Shown in pieces: positions 18,567 through 26,614 of a stretch of DNA of 64,000 nt (position 1 is its first letter; each line of letters begins with the position of its first letter). Where the stretch lies: the IMG/VR virus record IMGVR_UViG_2862561106_000004, positions 4,451 through 68,450 of that record. The stretch is one strand, 5' to 3'. A model generated the notes under the pieces. It had not been told where the DNA came from. It did not search any database and worked only from the letters and a program-made list of their open reading frames with translations. The translations under genes and the position numbers were made by a program. Source of the stretch: a virus. Its lineage: Duplodnaviria > Caudoviricetes.

Positions 18567-18821
18567 ATGACAGAGGCAGAGATCGGGCCCGCGCGCCGGG
18601 CCTTCATGGACAGCCTGGTGCAGCAGCGCGGATGGTCCAAGGCGTACGTCGAGCTGATCAACAGGCGGATGGAGCTCGAATCGGAAGCCTCCCAGGATCG
18701 GGTGGAGGGCTTCCGGGAGGCCGCCGCCATCATCCTGGCCACCGAGAAGGGGATCAGCCGCGAAGAGGCGCGGCATCGGGCCGATCAGGACTGGCAGGAC
18801 TTCACGGCGGCCTGCATCTGA
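18567..18821 (+). CDS. Hypothetical helical protein, opposite to its neighbours
   Basis: Good codon bias; isolated + strand ORF. Confidence 0.5.
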   Translation: MTEAEIGPARRAFMDSLVQQRGWSKAYVELINRRMELESEASQDRVEGFREAAAIILATEKGISREEARHRADQDWQDFTAACI

Positions 18822-18989
18822 TCACCCCTTCCGCTTGTGGACCATGACCGGCGTCCACTCGGGCGGCCGGACGGGCTTCTTCTTCAACACCGCAATCTGG
18901 GCGGCGGTCCACGCTTCGACCTCCGTCTCCGCCTCCACCGTCACCCGCTGGTGCACGTGGCCGTGCAGGTACACATCCCAGGTAGCCAT
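18822..18989 (-). CDS. Small hypothetical protein (55 aa)
   Basis: MATWDVYLHGHVHQRVTVEAETEVEAW..., AAGGGAAG RBS. Confidence 0.55.
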   Translation of the reverse strand: MATWDVYLHGHVHQRVTVEAETEVEAWTAAQIAVLKKKPVRPPEWTPVMVHKRKG

Positions 18990-19045
18990 CGGATCTTCCC
19001 TTCGGGAGCGGCCCCCTGCCGACGCAGGGGGCCGTCATCGTTCAA

Positions 19046-20011
19046 TCACAGTGAGCCACGGGAGGCGACCAGCGCCCGCCGGCCAGCTCGGGCACGACGA
19101 TGCGCTCGAACCGTCGCCGGCAGCCGACGCTCCGGGCGGTGTCCACCACGGGCCAGCTCGGCGGCCTCCTCCTCGGTGAGGTAGAGGAACTGGGTCTGCC
19201 GGGCCTTGCCCGCGCGGCACACCATGCCCCGGCCCTTCTGCTCCGGGGAGGGCTGAGGGAGACCACAGTCGTAGGCCAGCATCGTCCACGCCTGCTTGGT
19301 GTACCGGGCCAGGATGCGCGTGGAGAAGTTCTCCCGGATGTCGCCACCACCGAGAGCGGCGGTGCTCGCGAACTGGGCGACGGCCACGATGTGAACCTTC
19401 GCCGCCCGGCCCATGAACATGATGTCCCGGAAGGCGTCCATGGCGGTGTACGAGCCACGGGGCAGCTTCCGGTCGAGGGCCTGGAGCTGCGTCATGGTGG
19501 CGTTGAGCTCTTCGAACAGCACCACCAGGCGCGGACCGACCGGGGCCTCCTCAATCGGTCCGGGGAAAGCCTCCACCACCTCGTTGCGGCGGTGGACCTC
19601 CATGCCGAGCGAGATCAGCGCGTTGCCGATCTCCGGGAGGGTCGCGGCGTAGTGCGCGTTCGGCAGGCCCTTCGCCCACCGGTGGCTGTGCCGCTTCACG
19701 TCGAGGAACACAGCGCGCGAGCCCCGGGCGAGCATCTGCGCGGCAACGCTCCGCAGGATGACCGACTTACCGCCACCGCTCCCGGCGTTCACCAGCACGT
19801 GCGGGGAGTCCTCATCGAGGCAGACCGACACCGGCTCACCCTCGCCGTTCACCCCCAGCAGCGGGGCGGACTCGCCGGCCGACGCGATCAGGTCGCGGGC
19901 CGACTCGTAGTCCAGCAGCTCGGGGAAGTTCAGCGACGACACAGGGGTGGCCAGCCCGGAGTACAGGCCCTGGCTGAAGTCGATGTTCATGGTGTTCACC
20001 AGTCCCACCAA
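19046..20011 (-). CDS. FtsK/SpoIIIE (TraB-like) ATPase domain protein
   Basis: PHVLVNAGSGGGKS Walker A, LFEE Walker B, GRAAKVHIVAVAQ, RENF, KGRG. Confidence 0.85.
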   Translation of the reverse strand: MVGLVNTMNIDFSQGLYSGLATPVSSLNFPELLDYESARDLIASAGESAPLLGVNGEGEPVSVCLDEDSPHVLVNAGSGGGKSVILRSVAAQMLARGSRAVFLDVKRHSHRWAKGLPNAHYAATLPEIGNALISLGMEVHRRNEVVEAFPGPIEEAPVGPRLVVLFEELNATMTQLQALDRKLPRGSYTAMDAFRDIMFMGRAAKVHIVAVAQFASTAALGGGDIRENFSTRILARYTKQAWTMLAYDCGLPQPSPEQKGRGMVCRAGKARQTQFLYLTEEEAAELARGGHRPERRLPATVRAHRRARAGRRALVASRGSL

Positions 20012-20232
20012 CCCCGAACCTCTTCGGGGTCGAGTTCGTATTCCTTGCGGATGGCTTCGTCCAGCGAGATGCCGGGCTGCTTCAGAGTCGCCGCCGCGAC
20101 GTTGACCATCAGGTTGATCAGGTCGCTGTCGCGGTCACTGAGATCAAGTCCGTCGCGGATGCCGTCGGCGGCATCGTTCAGCGCGGAGACCACGTCGTCG
20201 TACGAGTGCTGGGTGGACTGCTCAAGGTTCAT
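19996..20232 (-). CDS. Hypothetical acidic protein
   Basis: GAGG RBS; coupled start. Confidence 0.6.
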   Translation of the reverse strand: MNLEQSTQHSYDDVVSALNDAADGIRDGLDLSDRDSDLINLMVNVAAATLKQPGISLDEAIRKEYELDPEEVRGWWDW

Positions 20233-20477
20233 GACTCGGCTTCCTCGCTGCTCGGGGCGATCAGTCGCGCGTCGGTGATCCACTCGGCGCGGACGTCTTC
20301 GATGAATTCGCGGGTTTCGGGGAAGTAGATCGAGTATTTCGAGCCCCGCCCGATGACGTGACCCGTCATCTCGATGTTGCAGCCGAGTTCCGGGTTGGGG
20401 AGAGCGGCCGTCACCACAAGGTGGAGGCGGTCCATTTTCGCGCGCTCCCACATAGCGCCGAGCGTTTCGTGTTCCAT
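20229..20477 (-). CDS. Hypothetical protein
   Basis: CCCGGAGCA RBS. Confidence 0.65.
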   Translation of the reverse strand: MEHETLGAMWERAKMDRLHLVVTAALPNPELGCNIEMTGHVIGRGSKYSIYFPETREFIEDVRAEWITDARLIAPSSEEAES

Positions 20478-20503
20478 GGCCCTGCTCCGGGTGGTGTTGT
20501 GCG

Positions 20504-20743
20504 TTAGATGCGCTCGAACAGCACGTCGTCCTCAGCGTGCTTGTCCAGCACCTTGCGGGCGGCCACGTATGGGTCGCTCGGGACGGGAACCTTCGGCCAG
20601 CCTGCGCGGGCTTCTGCGACCCACTGGGCGACGCTGCGGCCCTCCAGCGGGTGCGGCGGTACCGCGTAGCTTCCGTACCGGCCACCCGTGCGCACTGCCG
20701 GGTGGAACTTGCTGTGGATCTTCTTGTACTCGGTGATGTTCAC
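20504..20743 (-). CDS. Hypothetical protein
   Basis: CCCGGAGCA RBS. Confidence 0.65.
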   Translation of the reverse strand: MNITEYKKIHSKFHPAVRTGGRYGSYAVPPHPLEGRSVAQWVAEARAGWPKVPVPSDPYVAARKVLDKHAEDDVLFERI

Positions 20744-20760
20744 GGCGTTGCTCCGGGTGG

Positions 20761-20892
20761 TTAGTCGTCGTCAACGAGTTCGCGCAGAAGATCGACCATT
20801 TCAGCCGCGACGTCATGCTCCTCGTCGTTGCTGTCGGCGTTCTCCCACCGCTCGATGAGTTCGTTGACGTACTGCCGGTTGTAGTCGCCCAT
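20761..20892 (-). CDS. Small acidic protein (43 aa)
   Basis: CCCGGAGCA RBS; MGDYNRQYVNELIERWENADSNDEEH... Confidence 0.6.
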   Translation of the reverse strand: MGDYNRQYVNELIERWENADSNDEEHDVAAEMVDLLRELVDDD

Positions 20893-20934
20893 AGCGTTGC
20901 TCCGGGTAGTGGTGGGCACGAAAGTGCCCCCGGT

Positions 20935-20965
20935 GGCCTATGACGGCCGTACCGCTAAACGGTCC
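20935..20965. repeat. 31-bp repeat copy 1 (GGCCTATGACGGCCGTACCGCTAAACGGTCC)
   Basis: Identical to 21820-21850; intergenic. Confidence 0.9.
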
Positions 20966-20986
20966 GGAGGCTGAGGGTCTACAGCG

Positions 20987-21160
20987 TCAGTCCCAACTGT
21001 CGGGGTCAGCGCCGAGGGTTAGCGCCGTAGTGGTGACTCCGTCTTCATGCCCGACGAACATCACGTCGGGGTGCTGTTGCAGCAGGGTGTCGCACGGGTC
21101 GCCGCTGGTTCCGTCAATCGCTACCACCACCGTGAGGGTTACGTACTCACTCATGATGAT
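20987..21160 (-). CDS. Small hypothetical protein
   Basis: ORF with CAGG RBS; start uncertain. Confidence 0.45.
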   Translation of the reverse strand: MIMSEYVTLTVVVAIDGTSGDPCDTLLQQHPDVMFVGHEDGVTTTALTLGADPDSWD

Positions 21161-21162
21161 CA

Positions 21163-21780
21163 TCACCTGTTCTTGGGTCGGGTGGCGGTTCCGGCGATAC
21201 CTTCGGTGCGGACTACCCACGTAACGGCCTGGACCGTGGACGGGAGTTCGCCCAGCCGCATAGCGGCCTCACGGTAGGCGTGCGCCACGACCGCATAGCG
21301 GGTCTTGGCCGACAGTCCACGGTCACGGCTGCCGTACGTCTCGCCTACGGCGATATCGTGCGCGTGCCGGTCGATGCAGACCGCTTCGGCGTCTTCCGGG
21401 TCGAGAATGCACCGGTAGAAGTTGCCGGTCTTGGCAGTCATCGGCAGCACTACCGCCGGGTCGGCACCGGCCATGATCTTCGCGGCCTTCGCCAGCGTCT
21501 CACCCGTGTGCCCGCTGGGCGCGCCGCTCTCGAAAGCTCGGGACGCCAGTCGGGAGTTCTCAGCCCATGATTTCTGGGCGGACAGTGCGGCGATCACGCC
21601 AGCACCGGCCATGACGTTGCCCTCGCTGATCATGTCTGCGAGTTGGTGAGCGGTGAGGTACCACGCGCGGCCCCGGGCGAGTTGATCCGGGGAGGCTTTC
21701 GCATACTCGTCCATGATGTTGATCACGAACTGTTCCCGCTCTTCGGGCGTGAGAGTCTTCATGTTGATCATCGTACTCAC
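21163..21780 (-). CDS. Conserved phage protein, possibly HhH-GPD glycosylase-like fold
   Basis: GRAWY, VIAALS..SW, KTGNFY, VCIDRHA, VQAVTW motifs. Confidence 0.6.
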   Translation of the reverse strand: MSTMINMKTLTPEEREQFVINIMDEYAKASPDQLARGRAWYLTAHQLADMISEGNVMAGAGVIAALSAQKSWAENSRLASRAFESGAPSGHTGETLAKAAKIMAGADPAVVLPMTAKTGNFYRCILDPEDAEAVCIDRHAHDIAVGETYGSRDRGLSAKTRYAVVAHAYREAAMRLGELPSTVQAVTWVVRTEGIAGTATRPKNR

Positions 21781-21819
21781 CTAACGGTGATTGGGCGGGA
21801 ACTTGCGAGTGCTCCGGGC

Positions 21820-21850
21820 GGCCTATGACGGCCGTACCGCTAAACGGTCC
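21820..21850. repeat. 31-bp repeat copy 2
   Basis: Identical to 20935-20965; enclosed by GCTCCGGG/CCCGGAGC stem. Confidence 0.9.
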
Positions 21851-21863
21851 CGGAGCTTGTGTT

Positions 21864-22082
21864 TCAGTTGTCTGCCTCGTAAGCGTGACCGGCCAGCACG
21901 ACGACGCCGTACAGGTGATCAGCTTCTTCGGGGCCGTACGCGTCGATTGCTGCTTGTTCGGCCAATTCCAGCGCTTGCGCTACGGACCGGGCCGTTACGT
22001 GGAAGATCACGGGCTCCGCAGAAGCGGCATCGTCGTCCCAGTCTCGAACTACGGTGTAGGGCTTACCGTCCATGCCGATCAC
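21864..22082 (-). CDS. Hypothetical protein
   Basis: Coupled start. Confidence 0.6.
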   Translation of the reverse strand: MIGMDGKPYTVVRDWDDDAASAEPVIFHVTARSVAQALELAEQAAIDAYGPEEADHLYGVVVLAGHAYEADN

Positions 22083-22264
22083 AGCCTGTCGTCTTGCAGC
22101 TCGATGAGAAACGCTTCCGCTTGCGCCGACAGTCGGCGCGCCTTGCGCGACACCTTGACGGCATCCGCAATCAGTTCATCCAGGGCCGAATCCTGAACCT
22201 CGTACGACTCGCGGCGGGCCCGTTCAGTGGTGCGCTGCTTCTGTGCGTAAACCCGGACGCTCAT
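22079..22264 (-). CDS. Hypothetical protein
   Basis: Coupled start. Confidence 0.55.
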   Translation of the reverse strand: MSVRVYAQKQRTTERARRESYEVQDSALDELIADAVKVSRKARRLSAQAEAFLIELQDDRL

Positions 22265-22626
22265 ATGTGCTCACACTCTCCCGTGTCGATGTTGAACACT
22301 GCGATTTCGTTGCGCTCAACAGCCATGGCGTGAGCGTCGCGCGGACTCAGAACGTGGTCTGCGATGTCGAGATAGGCGCGGCCGTTCTCAACCCACACCC
22401 CGAAATACCGGGCCGTAGGGTGAGCGGAGACGAAACCGGCAACATCATCAGGCGTGACGCGGGAAGCGCTCTTAACGAGCGTCCACGAACGGCCACCAAC
22501 CCAATAGCCATGGGTCGGGAGCGTTCCGCCGGTAGCATCGACGGTTTCGCCGTCAACGCCGTTACGGATAGCCGCACAGAGCTTGGCTGTAACGGCGGTA
22601 GCGCTGGTGACCGTGATGGTGTTCAT
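22261..22626 (-). CDS. Conserved phage protein, first gene of leftward operon
   Basis: GYWVG...YFGVW...YLDI...EIAVFN pattern. Confidence 0.65.
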   Translation of the reverse strand: MNTITVTSATAVTAKLCAAIRNGVDGETVDATGGTLPTHGYWVGGRSWTLVKSASRVTPDDVAGFVSAHPTARYFGVWVENGRAYLDIADHVLSPRDAHAMAVERNEIAVFNIDTGECEHI

Positions 22627-22920
22627 GGTTCGCGCCGTTCTTTCAGTGGGATGGATTGCCAGTCATGCGAGCCGCTGATTCACCCATGACCGATCACCCG
22701 AGCTAATCGGTATGTGATCATGGGTCGCGTCGCTACCGTCATGACTGGCAAGCGGGATGGGAAATGGCCTGTACTTCTGTGCACTAGCGAGTGGGTTCGG
22801 ACTGGTTAGCCACTTTCAACTACTGGACGTCTCCTTTAGGCGTGGACCGTTTACCGTCGGGCGTTCACATCCCGATTAGGCCGCTCGGTTTCGTTTCCGC
22901 TACAGGCCGCTTTCCCATAG

Positions 22921-22998
22921 TCCCCAGTGCCCGACTCGAACGGGCCGCGTTCCTAGCAGGGTTGGCCGATTGATCAGCCAACCCCTCACTTACTGGGG
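22921..22998 (-). ncRNA. tRNA-like element (acceptor stem and T-arm, no canonical D/anticodon arms)
   Basis: Minus strand CCCCAGT/ACTGGGG-A acceptor, GCCCG-TTCGAGT-CGGGC T-arm, central 11-12 bp helix. Confidence 0.55.
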
Positions 22999-23419
22999 GT
23001 GTTTGGGTCTAACGGGTCTTCCGTCGCTCACCCGCGCCGTGGTCTAGCCTTTTCAGGGGCCTTAGCCGCTGCGTGTCCCACATTCTGGTATGGGTGCCTT
23101 ATCTGTTGATCATCAGGAGGAGAATCCTCATCTTGTGCGGTGACGCGCCCTGTAGATTCGGGGTCCTTCCGCTTTCCTGATGTACTTCTATTGTGCGCCC
23201 ACGCTACGCCAAATACAAGGGTTTTGGGAAAAAAGGTACCCCAAATTCCCCACGACTTTGGGTTGTTGGCCCTACCTATTCTGTAACTACCCATGCCCTG
23301 TTAAATGGTGGCCTTCTGATCTTTGGCTATACGCCTCTACTTCACATGGTCACCCTGTTGAGATACGCCACGATCTACACCCCAACCACACCTAGATCAC
23401 TGGCCTATTGCATGTAGAT

Positions 23420-24115
23420 CAGTAGCAACCCACCATCACAGTGCACCACTCGACCCACCACACATACCTAGTGCACCAACACCTAGCCACCACACCCATA
23501 CCTACCTGCCACCTACCGCCACCTACACCCCATGCCCTATGCGTACCTCGTGTGCACCATGACCCTGCATCACGTGCACACCTAAGCCATACGCACACAC
23601 CCATTACAAGCACATGCACCAATGCCTATGTGCACACACCCAACACATGGCACACGTGCCTAGTAGTACGTGCACACCCATACACCCATGTGCCACGTGC
23701 CCACGCCCTATGCCCTATCCCCTCTACCCCCTGTACCCCTATCCCCACGTGCACGTGCACCCATGCACACCACTCATGCACACACATCATGCATTGATTC
23801 ATTCATTCTCAATTGATCAACTCAAACAACTTCAATTCAACTTGCTGTTGAACATTGCTTTGCTTGACAAGCTGACTGGCAAGCCACTGCATCACTGTCA
23901 CGCAACACCGAGCATCACGCCCGCACCACTGACCACCTGCCGCATCCCACACGCCTACGCACGACGGCACGCCCGTCATCGGTCCCCGCACCCCCACGCC
24001 TAGGCCACACGGCATACCACGTGCACCGATCACCCATAGGCATGGCAACTGCACATGTGCAACAGGTGATCACCCATTCAAGGTAGCAACGCATCCCAAC
24101 GCGCATGCACTCACA
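23420..24115. repeat. G-poor, C/A-rich low-complexity non-coding tract with repeated GTGCAC/CACCCAT
   Basis: Direct reading; no credible ORF. Confidence 0.75.
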
Positions 24116-24122
24116 TTGACCT

Positions 24123-24160
24123 ATAAGGAATCCCTTAGTCGCTCGATAAGGAATCCCTTA
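24123..24160. promoter_or_regulatory. Tandem palindromic protein-binding sites
   Basis: ATAAGGAATCCCTTA at 24123-24137 and 24146-24160; each is TAAGG-N4-CCTTA. Confidence 0.6.
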
Positions 24161-24371
24161 CCGTCAACGTTGCAAGCCAATGGCCACACCCATTGCATTC
24201 ATTCGCGCGTTCGCATCGAACTGTCCCGCGCACCACATGAAACGCATATCGGCGCTGCATGAGAATGCGCCGACACTTATAGCTTTCGATGCGTCGATGA
24301 CAAACACTCAGGTGATCTAAGTGGTAGTCGACGCACACTCAGAAGAATTCAGCTCACCATGCTTGACACAT

Positions 24372-24460
24372 GGGTGAGGGAGGGGGGCCGGTTGCCGACG
24401 GGCCCGCGCGGCCCGGTCGACCCCGCCCCTGTCGACCGTTTCTCTCCCCGATGGAAAAAT
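24372..24460. other. Candidate cos/packaging end region
   Basis: G-run...CCCCGCCCC...TCTCTCCCCG pattern at the start of the late arm; composition boundary. Confidence 0.35.
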
Positions 24461-24763
24461 CTGCGGCGATTCGGCCCCAAGGGCTGCATTTTCGCAGGTC
24501 AGGGGCGCTTTAACCGTCGATCGGCAGGCGTTGGGAACCGCCGGCCGAAGTTCAGCGGCCTGGGTGGAGTTCCTGAGGGCCGGCCTCGCCCACCGCGGCC
24601 TGGTCGTGGGTGGCCGACGGCTTCGGTTGCCAGCCGCCGGCACCTCAATCCGCCGAAACCGGCACCCGCCAAGCGTGCATATCTATCCATTTACCTCCTG
24701 GCTGGGCTCAATTTCCAGGATGGTCTGTAATTGCTTTTTTGAACCGGATTCAGGGGTGTATTT

Positions 24764-25036
24764 ATGGCGACGAACCACATTAAGGACCCGGACGCCACCC
24801 TGGACTGGATTTTCGACTGGTCGCAGTGGCTCAGTCCGCTGGAGAACATCACCAGCTCGGTGATGACGGTTTCCCCGGGGATCACGCTTGAGTCGTCGGG
24901 TTTCTCGGCGTCGACTGCGACGGCTTGGGTGTCGGGCGGCTCGGAGGGTCGGGTCTACCAGGTGTCCAACAAGATCACAACGAACCAGGGCCGGATTGAC
25001 GAGCGGTCCATCACGATCCGCGTCACGAACCGATAA
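24764..25036 (+). CDS. Virion fibre-adaptor-like protein
   Basis: KDPDATLDWIFDW..WL...GG..G..Y...ITT..GR..ERS. Confidence 0.7.
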   Translation: MATNHIKDPDATLDWIFDWSQWLSPLENITSSVMTVSPGITLESSGFSASTATAWVSGGSEGRVYQVSNKITTNQGRIDERSITIRVTNR

Positions 25037-25048
25037 GGAGCAGAAGAC

Positions 25049-25459
25049 ATGGCTCTTCGTATTGCCACAGCGCTGCGGAACGCGATGGCGAACCAGGTGA
25101 CCGCCCAGGCCGACGGCGGTTCCGGCGCAGCCACGCTGAAGATCTACACCGGTAGCCAGCCGGCCACGGCCAACGATTCGATCGGTGGCTCGACGCTCTT
25201 GGCTACCTTCACGCTCAGCGACCCGGCCTTCGGTGCAGCCGCCTCCGGCGTTGTAACCCTCGCCGGCACCCCGAAGACGGTCGCGGCCTCCGCCACCGGC
25301 ACCGCGGGCTGGTTCCGCATTCAGGACAGCGCTAGCGCCAATGTCGTGGACGGAGCTGTGGGCACCTCCGGTGCCGAGCTGAACCTGAACACCACGGCTC
25401 TGAACAACGGCGTCAACGTCACCATCACGTCCGGCACCATCACGATGCCGGCCGGTTGA
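25049..25459 (+). CDS. Virion structural protein
   Basis: LKIYTGSQPA...ATGTAGWFRI...DGAVGTSGAEL. Confidence 0.7.
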   Translation: MALRIATALRNAMANQVTAQADGGSGAATLKIYTGSQPATANDSIGGSTLLATFTLSDPAFGAAASGVVTLAGTPKTVAASATGTAGWFRIQDSASANVVDGAVGTSGAELNLNTTALNNGVNVTITSGTITMPAG

Positions 25460-25474
25460 GGGGAGGTGGCGCAG

Positions 25475-25534
25475 ATGTACCTCTCCCTCCTCGCGGTTGT
25501 TCTCATCGTCGTTCTGCTCTTCATCCTTCTCTGA
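25475..25534 (+). CDS. 19-aa hydrophobic peptide
   Basis: GGGAGG RBS; MYLSLLAVVLIVVLLFILL. Confidence 0.45.
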   Translation: MYLSLLAVVLIVVLLFILL

Positions 25535-25548
25535 GGGGGCGGTGAGCC

Positions 25549-26604
25549 GTGGCGATCACCCAGGTTGGCTCGGCCACCACCGCGACAAGCGCAGGTGCGA
25601 CCAGCATCAGCGTGGCGAAGCCCACGGGCGTCGCATCCGGGGACGTGCTGATCGCGCACTTCAGTCACAACGACCAGACCGCCACCCTCACCGGCTGGAC
25701 GCTGGTCAACAGCACCAAGTCACCTGGCGTCGCCTTCCGCGACGGCCTGTTCTACAAGGTGGCCGGCGGTTCTGAGCCTGCGTCCTACACGTTCAGCGTC
25801 CCGGCCAATACGGGCCCGCTGGTCGGCTCCATCACCGCGTGGCGGGGTGTTGATACCAGCGCTCCGATCAACGATGAGGCGGTCACGGGTGTAGACGACC
25901 CCACGGAGCCTCCGACCACGCCTTCCGCCACCACCAGCTTCGCGGTGACGCGAGTCTTCTATTTCCGCGCAGCGCGCCGGCCCAGCAGCACCAGCAACGC
26001 GGACATCCCCACGTTCTCCGAGTCCGTGACAGGTGTCAGCGAAGAGCTAGACGTTGGCGTGTTCTCGGGTGGTACCACCTGTTACGCCCACGCGCTGTAC
26101 TCGAAAGATGCTGACGAGACCGCATCCGGCACAAAGGCCGGCATAGCGATCAGCAACTCCCAGACGAACAACGTGCAGGGCAACGTGCTCCGTACGTTCG
26201 CGCTGAAGGCTGACGTACCCGAGTCGTCTGGCTCGGTCGCAGGCACCCTCCCTGCGGTGACCGCGGCCATCACCGCCACGGCCTCCCATGACGGCCCGCT
26301 GAGCGGCGCGCTGCCTGCTCCCACCGCAGCCTTCGCCGGCGAGCACTTCGCCCCGGCGGACGGCCCGGTCGCGGCCACGCTGCCGGCGCTGTCCGGTGCC
26401 TTCGCGGGCGGTGTCGAGGGCCTGGCGACGATGGCCGGGACCCTGCCGGCCGTGACCGCCTCCCTGGCCGCTGAGATCGTGTTCGGCCCCCTGGCGGGCA
26501 CCCTGCCGGCGGTGACGGCCGCCCTGGTGGTCGAGACCCGCCCGTTCGGACCGAACGTCCTGGCCGTCGAGCCGGAGGACCGCCGCGTGGTCATGACCGA
26601 GTGA
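25549..26604 (+). CDS. Minor virion/fibre protein
   Basis: KPTGVASGDVLIA domain plus GTLPA repeats. Confidence 0.75.
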   Translation: MAITQVGSATTATSAGATSISVAKPTGVASGDVLIAHFSHNDQTATLTGWTLVNSTKSPGVAFRDGLFYKVAGGSEPASYTFSVPANTGPLVGSITAWRGVDTSAPINDEAVTGVDDPTEPPTTPSATTSFAVTRVFYFRAARRPSSTSNADIPTFSESVTGVSEELDVGVFSGGTTCYAHALYSKDADETASGTKAGIAISNSQTNNVQGNVLRTFALKADVPESSGSVAGTLPAVTAAITATASHDGPLSGALPAPTAAFAGEHFAPADGPVAATLPALSGAFAGGVEGLATMAGTLPAVTASLAAEIVFGPLAGTLPAVTAALVVETRPFGPNVLAVEPEDRRVVMTE

Positions 26605-26614
26605 GGAGGGTCGC

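Noticed and set aside
20935-21850. Hammerhead ribozyme
   Set aside because: Lacks the CUGANGA and GAAA junction core on either strand
22921-22998. Canonical tRNA gene
   Set aside because: No D-arm and no 7-nt anticodon loop; kept only as tRNA-like
23827-23837. CAACTTCAATT matching the reverse complement of 63343-63353 as a second att core
   Set aside because: Only 11 bp, inverted, inside a TCAA-rich tract in mid-prophage; chance is plausible
23420-24115. CRISPR array or His/Thr-rich ORFs (23441-23797, 23614-24003)
   Set aside because: No constant-length repeat with spacers and no cas genes; the ORFs are compositional by-products with non-host codon usage
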